A stretch of DNA of 64,000 nucleotides from Acidimicrobiales bacterium (GCA_029246685.1 JAQWMR010000003.1:3964-67963); one strand, 5' to 3'; positions 30,387 through 40,727 are shown, counted from the stretch's first letter. A program made the numbers and translations. Notes: generated by a model from the letters alone, not told the origin.

Positions 30387-31193
30387 CTAGGCGTCTCGGG
30401 CGAGGACGAGCGCGGCCCAGTCACCGTCGAATTGTCGCTCGACGGTCACGAGCGGCGAAAGGTGACCGGCGACCTGGTCGCACTGCATCGGCGTCAACCC
30501 ACTCACCCCGAGCCAGCCGCTCGGCGCCACGAGACGCACGAGATCAGCGCGCAGTTCGACAATGCCGGCTCGGGCAATGTTGGCGAGGACGACGTCGAAG
30601 ACCTCGCCGTCAGCAATCGGCAGCTGGTCCGATGCAGTGAGCTCGTGGGTTCGATCGTTCAACGCGGCGTTGCGACGGGTCGCCTCGACCGCTTCGGCTT
30701 TGAGATCCACGCCGAGCCCACGTCCCGCACCCAGCTCGAGCGCGGCCAGTGCGAGCACGCCCGTCCCGCATCCCACGTCCAGGACGGACTCGCCGCCGCG
30801 CAGGCGCCGAGCGAGCGCCTCGATCAGGAGCCGGGTCGTCGGATGGTGACCGCTGCCGAACCCACCGGGACCGAGCTCCACGAGACCGGGAAGCTCGTGG
30901 CGCTCGTGCTCGGACCAGGCGAGGCACACCGTGACGCGATCGGCGACGGTGACCGGTGTGGTGTTTCGGTGCCACGCAGCGCCGGCGGCGCCGCCGTCCG
31001 GCCGCGCGACCGCCATCTCACCCTCGGCGCGGAGCAGAACCGCGATCGACTCCGTAGACGCCACCGGCACGGAGGCAACCACCACGCGTCGCCGTTCAGC
31101 CGGCGCGACAACCGCATCGATCCGCGCGCCGAGTTCGACGAGGCGCGTCTGGACGCGCTCCAGATCGGACGGGCTGGTGGCGACGACGAGCAC
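30387..31193 (-). CDS. prmA: PrmA-like (ribosomal protein L11) methyltransferase
   Basis: FGSGHHPTTRL, LDVGCGTGVLA, N..LN, FDVVLANI; may be a paralogue. Confidence 0.7.
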   Translation of the reverse strand: MLVVATSPSDLERVQTRLVELGARIDAVVAPAERRRVVVASVPVASTESIAVLLRAEGEMAVARPDGGAAGAAWHRNTTPVTVADRVTVCLAWSEHERHELPGLVELGPGGFGSGHHPTTRLLIEALARRLRGGESVLDVGCGTGVLALAALELGAGRGLGVDLKAEAVEATRRNAALNDRTHELTASDQLPIADGEVFDVVLANIARAGIVELRADLVRLVAPSGWLGVSGLTPMQCDQVAGHLSPLVTVERQFDGDWAALVLARDA

Positions 31194-31214
31194 CGCGAGT
31201 TTGTAGTTCGAACG

Positions 31215-32144
31215 TCAGGCGTCGAGCCAGGCCAGCAGCGTTGCCGAGTACTCCTCCGACAGATCCTCTTGCAGGAAGTGCCCTCCACCTTCGAGGATCA
31301 CGTGAGGCTGGCCGGCCGCGCCGGGGATGCCTTCCACGATCGGTCGCCAGCCGTTGGGAGCAACGACGTCCTTATCGCTGAAGATGGTCAACACGGGCTT
31401 GGTGAAGGTGTTGAGCACCTTCCACGCTTCGAAGTTTGCAAGGTACATCGGATTGTCGGGACGCGTCGGAAGGAGCTGCGTGAACGCCCGGCTCCCGACC
31501 GTCAGCGCCTCGTCCGGGTACGGCGAGCGGTAGCCGTTCACGACATCGTCCGATGGCTCGGTGACCATCACCATGGGCAGCAGGGTCCAGGGCTCCCACA
31601 CCGGCGCCGCGGCCGCCATCGCCTGGAAGTCCGCGAGCGGGCCGGAGGCCTCGATCACGTCCGGCAGTGGTTCCGCGATGTCTCGCCATGGAAGACCGGT
31701 GTTGCTGATCGCCATGCGGGCAACACGGTCAGGTTGTTGGGCGGTCAGGCGCATGCCGACAATGCCGCCCCAATCGTGGAGGACGAACGTGATGTCGGTC
31801 AGCTCGAGTTCGTCAAAGAGCACCGCGCTCATCCAGGAGACGTGGCGCTCCACCGAGTAGTCGGCCATGGCCGACGGCTTGTCGGACATCCCCATCCCGA
31901 CCAGGTCGGGTGCGATTGCGCGGTACCCGGCGTCGACCACCGCCGCGATCTGGTGCCGCCAGATGTACGACCACGACGGGTTGCCGTGGAGGAAGACGAC
32001 GACCGGAGCGTCCGGATCGCCGTCGTCGACCATGTGCACGCGTAGGTCACCACCCTCGCCGTCGGGAATCGTCACGTAGCGGCGAGCGGCCGGATAGCCG
32101 GCGACGTCGTCGACGGCTTCGGCTGGGGATGACAGGATCTGCAC
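31215..32144 (-). CDS. Haloalkane dehalogenase
   Basis: HGNPSWSYIWR, APDLVGMGMSDKP, nucleophile HDWGG, GHFLQED. Confidence 0.9.
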   Translation of the reverse strand: MQILSSPAEAVDDVAGYPAARRYVTIPDGEGGDLRVHMVDDGDPDAPVVVFLHGNPSWSYIWRHQIAAVVDAGYRAIAPDLVGMGMSDKPSAMADYSVERHVSWMSAVLFDELELTDITFVLHDWGGIVGMRLTAQQPDRVARMAISNTGLPWRDIAEPLPDVIEASGPLADFQAMAAAAPVWEPWTLLPMVMVTEPSDDVVNGYRSPYPDEALTVGSRAFTQLLPTRPDNPMYLANFEAWKVLNTFTKPVLTIFSDKDVVAPNGWRPIVEGIPGAAGQPHVILEGGGHFLQEDLSEEYSATLLAWLDA

Positions 32145-32229
32145 AGCCGCAAGCTACTCAACTGCTTGTGAAACTGGCAATAGTTTCAGTTGGCCCGGTA
32201 CCGTCGCCGACAGCCGAACTGGGAGAGCA

Positions 32230-33258
32230 ATGACCGAGCCAGAAATTGTGATCCGGGGCGCCCACAGCTCGCCCTACAGCCTCAAGATGCGGGCCGTCCT
32301 GCGCTATCGGCAGATCCCCCACCGCTGGGCGCTGCGCGGCTCACCGGTCGACGACCTCCCCCAGACCAAGGTGCCGGTCATCCCTGCGCTCGGTTGGACC
32401 GACGGACAGGGCGGCTACTCCCATGTGATGACCGACTCGTCGCCGCAGATCACCAAACTCGAAGAGGACTTCGCAGGCCGCAGCCTCGTGCCGAGCGATC
32501 CCGCGCTCGCATTCATCGACTTCCTTCTCGAGGACTTCGCCGACGAGTGGGTCACCAAGGCCATGTACCACTACCGCTGGACGTACGAGGCTGACATCGA
32601 GAAGGCCGGCTGGCTACTCCCCCTCGACGCGAACCTCCAGATGCCCGACGACGTTCACGCCGCGATGCACGACGGCATCATCGAGCGCCAGGTCGGACGG
32701 CGGGCCCTCGTCGGCTCGACGGACGGCAACCTCCCGATCATCGAGGGCTCCTACATCACGCTGCTCCAGATCCTGCAGGACCACCTCGGCCGTCACGACT
32801 TCGTACTCGGCGATCGGCCCGGTCGCGTCGACTTCGCGCTCTACGGACAGCTCAAGCCGATGCTCTGGTGGGACCCCACCCCGATGGCGCTCGGCGTCGA
32901 ACACGCGCCGCGAGCCGTGAACTGGATCGAGCGGGTCGACGACCTGTCGTGGATCGCCGTGGACGGCGACAACGGCTGGTTCGATCTCGATGGCCTCGAC
33001 GACTCCGTCAACGCCCTCCTGAAGGAGGCGGGCCACACGTACGCGCCATTCATGATCGCCAACGCGGCCGCGCTGGACTCAGGCGCCGACGAGATGAGGT
33101 GCGAGATCGAGGGAATCACCTACCGCCAGGCACCGTTCGGGTACCAGGGCAAGTGCCTGACGTGGCTCCGCGAGGCGTATGCCGCACTCGGTGCTGAGGA
33201 CCAGGCCCGCGTCGACGACGTCCTTGCGGGGACGGGCTGCGAGGCGTTGCTTGCCTGA
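32230..33258 (+). CDS. Glutathione S-transferase family protein
   Basis: SPYSLKMRAVLRY, DSSPQI, LEDFADEW, FVLGDRP..DFALYGQ. Confidence 0.88.
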   Translation: MTEPEIVIRGAHSSPYSLKMRAVLRYRQIPHRWALRGSPVDDLPQTKVPVIPALGWTDGQGGYSHVMTDSSPQITKLEEDFAGRSLVPSDPALAFIDFLLEDFADEWVTKAMYHYRWTYEADIEKAGWLLPLDANLQMPDDVHAAMHDGIIERQVGRRALVGSTDGNLPIIEGSYITLLQILQDHLGRHDFVLGDRPGRVDFALYGQLKPMLWWDPTPMALGVEHAPRAVNWIERVDDLSWIAVDGDNGWFDLDGLDDSVNALLKEAGHTYAPFMIANAAALDSGADEMRCEIEGITYRQAPFGYQGKCLTWLREAYAALGAEDQARVDDVLAGTGCEALLA

Positions 33259-33263
33259 GCCGC

Positions 33264-34046
33264 TCAGTGGATGGCGCCGTCGCCCTCCTTGAGGTTCGGC
33301 GCCGCTCGTCCCGCTCGCTGCGCGATGATCTCCGCGCAGATCGACACGGCTGTCTCTTCCGGGGTGCGCGCGCCGATGTCGAGACCGACCGGCGACATCA
33401 GTCGGGCGAGCTCCGCGTCGGTCACGCCGGCCTCGCGGAGACGACCCGTGCGGCTGTCGTGCGTCTTCCGGCTCCCCATGACGCCGATGTAGCCAACCTC
33501 GGTGACGAGTGCGCCCTGGATCGCGGGAACGTCGAACTTGTTGTCGTGCGTGAGCACGCAGACGGCGTCGCGGGGGCCGAGTGAGGCACCGATCTCGTCG
33601 AGCAGATCGTTCGGCCACTTCACGACGACGGCATCGGCAACCGGGAAGCGGGCGGGCGTGGCGAAGACAGGTCTGGCGTCGCACACCGTCACCCGGTAGC
33701 CGAGCACTTTCGCTACCCGAGCGAGCGCGGCGGTAAAATCGACTGCGCCGAAGATCACCATCTGGGGCGGCGGAGCGAAGGACTCGATGAACACGGCGAC
33801 CGTGTCTTCGCGCGCTTCACCATGCTCGCCGTAGTGGCGCACGCCGGTGCGTCCGGCAGCCAGCTCGCCAGCCATGTCGCGGGCGACGACACGGTCGAGA
33901 TCCGGGTGGCCGAGGGTGCCGGCCAACTCTTCGCCCGGTCGCAGAACGAGCTTTGAGCCGGTGTTCGGCCCCTCGATGACAGTCGCGACCGCGACGGGAT
34001 CCTCGGTCTCGGCGGCCGCCTTCACGAGCTCGAAGAGGTCAGCCAC
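33264..34046 (-). CDS. xdhC: XdhC/CoxI molybdoenzyme maturation factor, C-terminal (Rossmann) part
   Basis: IFGAVDF, CDARPVFAT..RFP, LTHD.KFD, YIGVMGSR, SPVGLDIGARTPEETAVSI. Confidence 0.92.
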   Translation of the reverse strand: MADLFELVKAAAETEDPVAVATVIEGPNTGSKLVLRPGEELAGTLGHPDLDRVVARDMAGELAAGRTGVRHYGEHGEAREDTVAVFIESFAPPPQMVIFGAVDFTAALARVAKVLGYRVTVCDARPVFATPARFPVADAVVVKWPNDLLDEIGASLGPRDAVCVLTHDNKFDVPAIQGALVTEVGYIGVMGSRKTHDSRTGRLREAGVTDAELARLMSPVGLDIGARTPEETAVSICAEIIAQRAGRAAPNLKEGDGAIH

Positions 34047-34052
34047 AAGCAG

Positions 34053-34367
34053 TCACCAGTCGAACGGCTCGATGAAGAGATGGATCGTTCCGCCGCAGGT
34101 GAGGCCGACGGCGAATGCCTCGTCGTCGCTGTAGCCGAAACTGACCATCCGCCGTTCACCCGTCTGGATGATCTGCAGCGCCTCCTCGACAACCGCTCCC
34201 TCGACGCAACCGCCAGAGACGGAGCCGACCACCGAACCGTCCTCACACACCGCCATGGCCGCGCCGGGATCGCGGGGCCCGGACCCCTCCAGCCGCACAA
34301 CCCGAGCGACGGCGGAGGACTTGCCGGCGGCCCGCCAACGGCTCAGGTCGTTCATGATCTCGCGCAC
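34053..34367 (-). CDS. XdhC/CoxI N-terminal domain protein
   Basis: GSGPRDPGA.M, GSVSGGCVEGAV, VGLTCGG. Confidence 0.92.
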   Translation of the reverse strand: MREIMNDLSRWRAAGKSSAVARVVRLEGSGPRDPGAAMAVCEDGSVVGSVSGGCVEGAVVEEALQIIQTGERRMVSFGYSDDEAFAVGLTCGGTIHLFIEPFDW

Positions 34368-34426
34368 ACTGCGAGGGTACCGGGCTGGCTCCGGCCGTCC
34401 TGATTCCCGATTGCTACGGCGCGAAG

Positions 34427-35359
34427 ATGGCGAAGGACCTCCAGCAATTCCTCGATGCCGAAGAGCGCGTATGGTCGAGCCTCGGGGTCCAACCCAAGGA
34501 CCGACGAGTCGCCCTTCCCTCGGGAGCGGGCGTCAGAGTGCAGGAGGTCGGCGACGGACAGCCGTTGATCTTCATCCACGGAGGTTCCGTCGGTGGAACC
34601 AGCTGGGCGCACCTCGCGGTGCGGCTCGAGGGCGTGCGCTGCATCCTGATCGATCGGCCGGGATGCGCCTTGTCCGACCCGGTACCCGGGGATCCGCCCC
34701 GGAGCATCGCCGAGATCCACACACACGCGGACGGCTTCCTCCCTGACCTGCTGGACGCTCTCGAACTCGAGCACGCCGCCATCGCCGCTTCGTCCTACGG
34801 CGGCTTCTTCGCCGTACGCGGCGCAGCGGCCGCCCCACAACGCGTCACGAAACTAGTCGAGTACAGCTGGGTCGTCGGTGCTCCCAGCGAGGCCGCCCCG
34901 CTTACGGTCCGGATCGGAGCCCTGCCAGGCATGCAGGCCCTGATGACCCGGATTCCGATGACGCGCAGCATGGTCAAGGGCGCGCTGTCCCAGTTCGGGA
35001 TGGGCAAGGCGATCGAGTCGGGGGCGTTCGACGACCTCATGCTCGACTGGGTCCACGCCTTGATGCGACACACCGAAACGCTCGCCAACGATGTGAGGTC
35101 GCTTCCCAAAGTCTTCACCCCGATTCGGGGGCAAAACCCCGACGTGCTCCACGCCGATGAGGTCCTCGCGAAGCTCAACATGCCTGCCCTGTTCCTCTGG
35201 GGCGAGGAAGACCCCAATGGCGGCGCAGCCGTTGCTCGTCAGTTCGCGCCGCGACTACCGGACGCAGAACTCGTGGTGATCCCCGGGGCGGAGCACGCAC
35301 CCTGGCTCGACGACATGGAGACGTGCGTGACGCACACCCAGGCGTTCCTCGATCAGTAG
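34427..35359 (+). CDS. Alpha/beta-fold hydrolase
   Basis: FIHGG, DRPGCALS, nucleophile ASSYGG, WGEED, AEHAPW. Confidence 0.9.
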   Translation: MAKDLQQFLDAEERVWSSLGVQPKDRRVALPSGAGVRVQEVGDGQPLIFIHGGSVGGTSWAHLAVRLEGVRCILIDRPGCALSDPVPGDPPRSIAEIHTHADGFLPDLLDALELEHAAIAASSYGGFFAVRGAAAAPQRVTKLVEYSWVVGAPSEAAPLTVRIGALPGMQALMTRIPMTRSMVKGALSQFGMGKAIESGAFDDLMLDWVHALMRHTETLANDVRSLPKVFTPIRGQNPDVLHADEVLAKLNMPALFLWGEEDPNGGAAVARQFAPRLPDAELVVIPGAEHAPWLDDMETCVTHTQAFLDQ

Positions 35360-35369
35360 AGTCCGTCTC

Positions 35370-36428
35370 ATGTCGACCTGCCGCGGCGTCGTCTTTCCTG
35401 GCGACGGCACCTACGAGACCCGAGAGTTCCCGATCCCCGAGCCAGTTTCCGGTGGCGCGGTCCTCAAGGTCGAGGCCGTCGGGCTGTGTGCGAGCGACGT
35501 CTCCCAGCTCCACGGCCATCACCACGTTCCGGGTGAGGTCTCACCGATCGTGCCGGGCCACGAGATCGTCGGCCGCGTCCACTCCTTGGCCGCCGATGCG
35601 GCGCTCGGCGTCGAGGTCGGCCAGCGGGTCGGCGTGGACCTCGTCCTCTTCGGAGGTCGGGAAGGCCACGGACTCGACGTCTACGGCTACACGATCGGCC
35701 CGGAGGTCGAGCACGGACTCTGGGGCGGCTACGGCGAGTACATGGGCGTCTTTCCCGGCACCCACCTCGTTCCGCTCACCGACGACGTGTCGGCTGCCGA
35801 GCTCAGCCTCTTCGAACCGCTCGCCAGCATCGTGAACTGGTCCGACATGCTCGACCTGCGGCCTCACGACCGGCTCGTCATCCAGGGTCCGGGCCACATG
35901 GGTCTGATCGCGGCGGCCTACGCAGCGAGCCAGATCGGCGTGCGCCAGATAATCGTCACGGGCACGTCGAAGGACGCCGTGCGGCTGGAGGCCGCGCTCG
36001 CCGTCGGTGCCCACGAGGTGATCAATGTGGACGAGGAACCGGACCTCGTCGGGCGAATCCACGAGCTGACCCGCGGCGGCGCGAGCGCTGTGATGGAGCT
36101 CACTGCTCTCGCGACGCAGCCGGTCGCCGACTCGATCGAGATGGCGGCCTTCGGAGGTCGAATCCTGCTTGCCGGCCTCAAGGACGATAGTCCGACGGAG
36201 ATCGTCAGCGACCACATCGTGTTCAAGTCCCTCCGCCTCATCGGCGGATCAGGCTCGACCGCACCCACCATGGAACGAGCCGGCGAGGTCCTCAACAGCG
36301 GAACGTTCCCGACCGAGGCCCTTCTCGGCGAGACGTACACGCTGGATGAGTTGGATACGGCCCTGCAGATGCTCGAGCGCAAGATCGACGGTCGCGACGC
36401 GGTTCGGGTCAGCCTCGTCCACCCGTAG
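35370..36428 (+). CDS. Zinc-binding alcohol dehydrogenase family
   Basis: GLCASD, GHEIVG, GPGHMGL; structural-Zn lobe absent. Confidence 0.92.
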   Translation: MSTCRGVVFPGDGTYETREFPIPEPVSGGAVLKVEAVGLCASDVSQLHGHHHVPGEVSPIVPGHEIVGRVHSLAADAALGVEVGQRVGVDLVLFGGREGHGLDVYGYTIGPEVEHGLWGGYGEYMGVFPGTHLVPLTDDVSAAELSLFEPLASIVNWSDMLDLRPHDRLVIQGPGHMGLIAAAYAASQIGVRQIIVTGTSKDAVRLEAALAVGAHEVINVDEEPDLVGRIHELTRGGASAVMELTALATQPVADSIEMAAFGGRILLAGLKDDSPTEIVSDHIVFKSLRLIGGSGSTAPTMERAGEVLNSGTFPTEALLGETYTLDELDTALQMLERKIDGRDAVRVSLVHP

Positions 36429-36431
36429 CTA

Positions 36432-37223
36432 CTAGGAGAACGGGGCGCCGGGCTCCACCTTGCCCGCGGTGAACGCGCCGTCGACGGTCAGGTCGATTCC
36501 CGACACGCAGCTGCTCTCGTCCGTCGCGAGCCAGAGGATGGCATTGGCGATGTCGTCGAGGTCCGCGCTCCGATGGAACGGACGCTGTGGTCGATCCGGC
36601 AGCCGTTCGGTTCGGTCCTTCAATCGCTCCATGGCCGCAGCAACGAACGGCTCGACCATCTCAGTACTGCCGCCACCCGGACACACGTTGTTCACGCGGA
36701 TCGCGTACATCCCGAGTTCGATCGCGGCGGCCTTCGTCAAGCCCCGCATCCCCCACTTGCTCGAGGTGTAGGCAGCCACGCCGTTGGAGCCCTCGATCGC
36801 GTCGATCGACGCGACGTTCACGATCGACCCGCCGCCGGCCTCGCGCATCGCTCCGATCACCGCTTGGATCCCGAGGTACGGGCCGACCTGGTTCACCATC
36901 ACGACGCGGCGAACCACGTCCGGGTCGGTGTCGGCGATCGCGCCGACGTCGAGCACCGCCGCGTTGTTGACGAGCACGTTGACTCCGCCGAAGCGATCCG
37001 TGCAGGTAGCGACTGCTGCCGCCCATTCATCGGGTTCGCGTACGTCGAGGCGCTGATAGACAGCCGAGTCGCCGAGCTCCGCAGCGACCTCGGCGCCGAG
37101 ATCGTCGAGCACGTCGGCCAGGAGAACATTGGCTCCCTCGGCGACAAATCGACGCGCTGTCGCTGCCCCCGTCCCGCGCGCTGCGCCAGTGATGATTGTC
37201 GTTCGTTCGTCGAGTTGTCCCAC
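36432..37223 (-). CDS. SDR oxidoreductase (3-alpha/20-beta-hydroxysteroid dehydrogenase-like)
   Basis: TGAARGTG, NNAA, YTSSK; GTG 37223 preceded by TACGTT. Confidence 0.92.
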   Translation of the reverse strand: MGQLDERTTIITGAARGTGAATARRFVAEGANVLLADVLDDLGAEVAAELGDSAVYQRLDVREPDEWAAAVATCTDRFGGVNVLVNNAAVLDVGAIADTDPDVVRRVVMVNQVGPYLGIQAVIGAMREAGGGSIVNVASIDAIEGSNGVAAYTSSKWGMRGLTKAAAIELGMYAIRVNNVCPGGGSTEMVEPFVAAAMERLKDRTERLPDRPQRPFHRSADLDDIANAILWLATDESSCVSGIDLTVDGAFTAGKVEPGAPFS

Positions 37224-37292
37224 AGACTGGAACGTAGGCGCGATGCGCCCGCCGATCGACCGCGACGCGTCGTTCGTGCCAGTGTTGGCGCC

Positions 37293-38582
37293 ATGACAAC
37301 GCTTGAGACCGCCCTCCCAAATCCGATCATGGGAGCGTTCTGGGCCCGACCTCAAGCCGAAATCGAGTCCGACCTGGCAACGTTGCGAGCGGTCGGCCAA
37401 CCTACGCATCACGAGATCGAGATCCCGGAAGGCATCGAGCTCCCGCCCGAACTCGACATGCTCGCGACCGGCGGCACCTGGGTGCTGACGAAGATGGATC
37501 AGATCCTCGAGGTCTCGAAGAACCCGCACCTCTACTCCTCCGCCCAGGGCATCACGATCCTCGACACGCCGCCGGAGTTCAACGAGTTCTTCAGTTCGAT
37601 GATCGCGATGGACGACCCTCGCCATGCCCGTCTTCGCAAGCTCGTGTCGGCCGGGTTCACGCCGAAGATGCTGAACCAGCTGCAGGAATCCGTGCAGGAC
37701 CAGGCGGCGATGATCGTCGACGAGGTGTCCGAGCGAGGTGAGTGCGACTTCGTGGTCGACGTTGCCGCCCGGCTGCCCCTCAAGATCGTGTGCGACCTCA
37801 TGGCGATCCCCGACAGTCAGCTCGACTTCGTCTTCCAACAGTCGAACGTCATCCTCGGAGCGGGGGATCCCGAGTACGCGCCCGCTCACGGTGTGGACCC
37901 GCTCACGTCGCTGCTCATGGCAGGCGGAGCTCTCGCCGAGCTGATGAACGACGTGGCCGCCACGAAGGAGGGCACCGACGCCGACGACCTCACCAGTCTG
38001 CTCGTGAACGCCGAAGTGGACGGTGAGAAACTGACCTATGGCGACATCGCCAGCTTCTTCATCCTGCTCGTCGTCGCCGGCAACGAGACCACGCGTAACG
38101 CCATCAGCTGGGGCCTCACCTACCTCACGGACAACCCAGACCAGCGAAAGATCTGGGCTGATGACGTCGAGGGCGTCGGCCCCAAGGCGATCGAGGAGAT
38201 CGTGCGTCTCGCGAGCCCGGTGACCTACATGCGTCGCACGGCGCTGGAGGACACCGAGTTGGGCGGCGCCTCGATCGCGGCCGGCGACAAGGTGTCGATG
38301 TTCTATCTCGCCGCCAACCGCGACGAGGACCACTTCGTCGACCCGTACCGCTTCGACGTCCGCCGCGACCCGAACAACCACGTCGGCTTCGGCGGCCCGG
38401 GGCCGCACTTCTGTCTCGGTGCCCATCTTGCCCGGCGCGAGATCTTCGTGATGTTCCGGGAACTCTTCGAGCGATTGCCCGACATCGAGGCCTCCGGAGA
38501 ACCGGACCCGCTCGAGTCGAGCTTCATCCACGGCGTCAAACATCTCCCCGCCACCTTCACCCCCGTCCCATCCCGCCGATAA
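37293..38582 (+). CDS. Cytochrome P450 (CYP124/CYP125-like)
   Basis: SMIAMDDPRH.RLR, AGNETTRN, EEIVR, GFGGPGPHFCLG. Confidence 0.95.
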   Translation: MTTLETALPNPIMGAFWARPQAEIESDLATLRAVGQPTHHEIEIPEGIELPPELDMLATGGTWVLTKMDQILEVSKNPHLYSSAQGITILDTPPEFNEFFSSMIAMDDPRHARLRKLVSAGFTPKMLNQLQESVQDQAAMIVDEVSERGECDFVVDVAARLPLKIVCDLMAIPDSQLDFVFQQSNVILGAGDPEYAPAHGVDPLTSLLMAGGALAELMNDVAATKEGTDADDLTSLLVNAEVDGEKLTYGDIASFFILLVVAGNETTRNAISWGLTYLTDNPDQRKIWADDVEGVGPKAIEEIVRLASPVTYMRRTALEDTELGGASIAAGDKVSMFYLAANRDEDHFVDPYRFDVRRDPNNHVGFGGPGPHFCLGAHLARREIFVMFRELFERLPDIEASGEPDPLESSFIHGVKHLPATFTPVPSRR

Positions 38583-38603
38583 CCGCGCGGTTCGGAGCGT
38601 CCT

Positions 38604-38846
38604 ATGGTCCGACTGAGCGACCTCAGCAACGCCGAACGTGACTACATCATGGGCAAGGATTTGCCGACCTATGACTCGGACCCGTGGGTGGAAGGGCCGC
38701 CGCTGAGCGAGCGTCGTGTCGCGCTCATCACCACCGCGGGGCTCCACCGGACGGACAGCGCCGCGTTCTCGTTCGTTGACCTCAGCTACCGAGTGATCCC
38801 GGGCGACGCTGACCTCGACGAGCTCACGATGACGCACTCGTCGGTC
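38604..38846 (+). pseudogene. N-terminal 81 aa of a glycine/betaine/sarcosine/D-proline reductase selenoprotein-B-like gene, truncated
   Basis: PLSERRVALITTAGLH, D.SYRVIP, L..TH motifs; after HSSV the frame runs into antisense CYP153 sequence. Confidence 0.75.
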
Positions 38847-38870
38847 ACATCGCCGGAGGTCATCGCCCAG

Positions 38871-40190
38871 TCAGCGGCGGGTGACCTTGACCGGCAGGCT
38901 CGCGTAGCCGTGAACGAACGAGGAGAAGGTGCGCTCTGGTTCGCCGACGACCTCAACGCGTTCAAACCGCTCCAGGAATTCCTCCCAGAGGACCCGGAGC
39001 TGAAGCTCCGCGAGTCGGCTACCCATGCAGTAATGGATGCCGTAGCCGAACGAGAGGTGACGGTCGGCGTTGGGTCGTTCGAGATCGATCTCGTCAGCGT
39101 TCGGGAAGACGTCCTCGTCCCTGTTGGCTGAGATGTACCACATCAGGATCTGGTCGCTCTCGAGGATCTGCTTGCCGCCGATCTCACAGTCTCGGGTGGC
39201 GGTACGGCGCATGTAGGAGAGCGGCGTCTGCCAGCGAATGATCTCGGGCACGAGGTTTGCGACGAGGCTCGGATCTGCGACGAGCTTGTCGTACTGGTCG
39301 GGGAACTTGTTCAGCCCGTAGACGCTGCCGGACATGGTGTTGCGCGTGGTGTCGTTGCCACCCACGATCAGGAGCAAGAGGTTGCCAAGGTGCGCCATTG
39401 TCGGCATGTCCTTGGTGGCTTCGCCGTTCGCGAGCATCGAGACGAGATCGAATCCCGGGTTCGCCCGGCGTTCGACCCAGAGGTTCTCGAAGTAGGCGAC
39501 GCACTCCAGCAGCTCTTCAACCTTCTGCTCCTGGCTCTCGACGACTCCACCGGGCTGCGGCACGGCGAAGACGATGTCCGACCACCGCGTGAGCTTGCGG
39601 CGGTCCTCCAGCGGGAAGTCGAACAGCGTGGCCAGAAGCAGTGTGGTGAGCTCGATCGAGACGGTGTCGACCCAGTCGAACGTCTCACCCTCGGGGAGCG
39701 AGTCCAACACCTTGATCGTGCGCTCGCGGATCTCGGGCTCGAGGTTCTTGAGGTTGCTCGGCGCAGAGACGCCTCGGACCGTCTTGCGCTGTTCGGTGTG
39801 CGTCGGCGGATCCATCGCGATGAACGACGTCACCCGCTGGAGCATCTCATCAGTTACTTCGCTCGGCTTGATCCCGAGCGTCATGCCTCGCGCCGACGAG
39901 AACGTCTCCCAATCGCCGTCCACGGCGCGGACGTCGTCGTACTTCGTGATCGACCAATACCGGCCCGACGTCTCGAGTTCGTTGAGGTGCACCGGATCTT
40001 CCGCCCGGAGGCGGGCGAAGTGCTCGTACCAGCGATCGTCCTTGAACAGATGAGGATTGGCCGGGTTGATGTCGGCAAGCGCGAGGTCCGCTGCATCGGG
40101 CACGCCGATGCCGAGCTCCGCCATCTCCATTTCGGGCGTGCGGAGAGTGGCCATCAGGAAGCCCGGTCGCTCCTCGGTCGCGTCGCTCAT
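38871..40190 (-). CDS. Cytochrome P450, CYP153-like alkane/omega-hydroxylase
   Basis: FIAMDPP, NLLLLIVGGNDTTRN, EIIRWQTPL, HLSFGYGIHYCMG; GAGGAG RBS. Confidence 0.93.
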   Translation of the reverse strand: MSDATEERPGFLMATLRTPEMEMAELGIGVPDAADLALADINPANPHLFKDDRWYEHFARLRAEDPVHLNELETSGRYWSITKYDDVRAVDGDWETFSSARGMTLGIKPSEVTDEMLQRVTSFIAMDPPTHTEQRKTVRGVSAPSNLKNLEPEIRERTIKVLDSLPEGETFDWVDTVSIELTTLLLATLFDFPLEDRRKLTRWSDIVFAVPQPGGVVESQEQKVEELLECVAYFENLWVERRANPGFDLVSMLANGEATKDMPTMAHLGNLLLLIVGGNDTTRNTMSGSVYGLNKFPDQYDKLVADPSLVANLVPEIIRWQTPLSYMRRTATRDCEIGGKQILESDQILMWYISANRDEDVFPNADEIDLERPNADRHLSFGYGIHYCMGSRLAELQLRVLWEEFLERFERVEVVGEPERTFSSFVHGYASLPVKVTRR

Positions 40191-40727
40191 CAGGTGTACT
40201 CCTCGGTAGACACCCAAGTGTGCACGATCTTGCTCTCCGGTCCCAACAGCCCGCACCGCTGCGGTCCATGCCGCGCGACCGAAACTCACTTGCGCGAACG
40301 CTGGAGAGGTCTACCTTGACGGCCATGGACATTCAGTACCTCTGAGCGAGTGGGCCCGCCGGGCCCGCTGTGTGGGCGCCCGAGCGCGCCCCCTCTGACG
40401 CACGAATCGAGTCCCTCGATGTCGTGCGGAGTCCAGTCTGTTGCTCCCTGAATGCCCTCGCCGTCGCGGCGTTGCCTGCACCGGAGCCGAAGCGAAGGAA
40501 ATCCCCATGCCGGCGTCACCTACGTCCGAGCGGTCGCCCGACGGCTCGGACGGCCCTGTCTCAGTCGAAGACATCGTCTCCCAGGCGGTGAGGGAACTGC
40601 GCCACACGCTCCCGACGTGGCGCAGTGTCGTCGCGTCTGACATCACGGCAAGCAAGGTAAGTGGCCTGGGGGGGCGGGCATACGTTCATCCTCACCATCG
40701 CCGGAGCGGCGGCAGACCCCCCCCCCG

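Noticed and set aside
36432-38837. 801-aa ORF and other long ORF-track entries (51980-54310, 48561-50252, 30375-32045, 5828-7276, 54134-56077 extension)
   Set aside because: Antisense or off-frame shadows of real genes, expected at high GC; no motifs of their own
34053-38871. Selenocysteine read-through at the XdhC TGA or in the GrdB-like gene
   Set aside because: The XdhC TGA is at a linker, not a Cys position, with no obvious SECIS; the GrdB-like stub ends before any candidate TGA
40347-40367. Third att-like site (CGAGTGGGCCCGCCGGG)
   Set aside because: Shares only the 7-bp core; lacks the TTGT/ACAA hairpin and the GGAC...TCGAACC part
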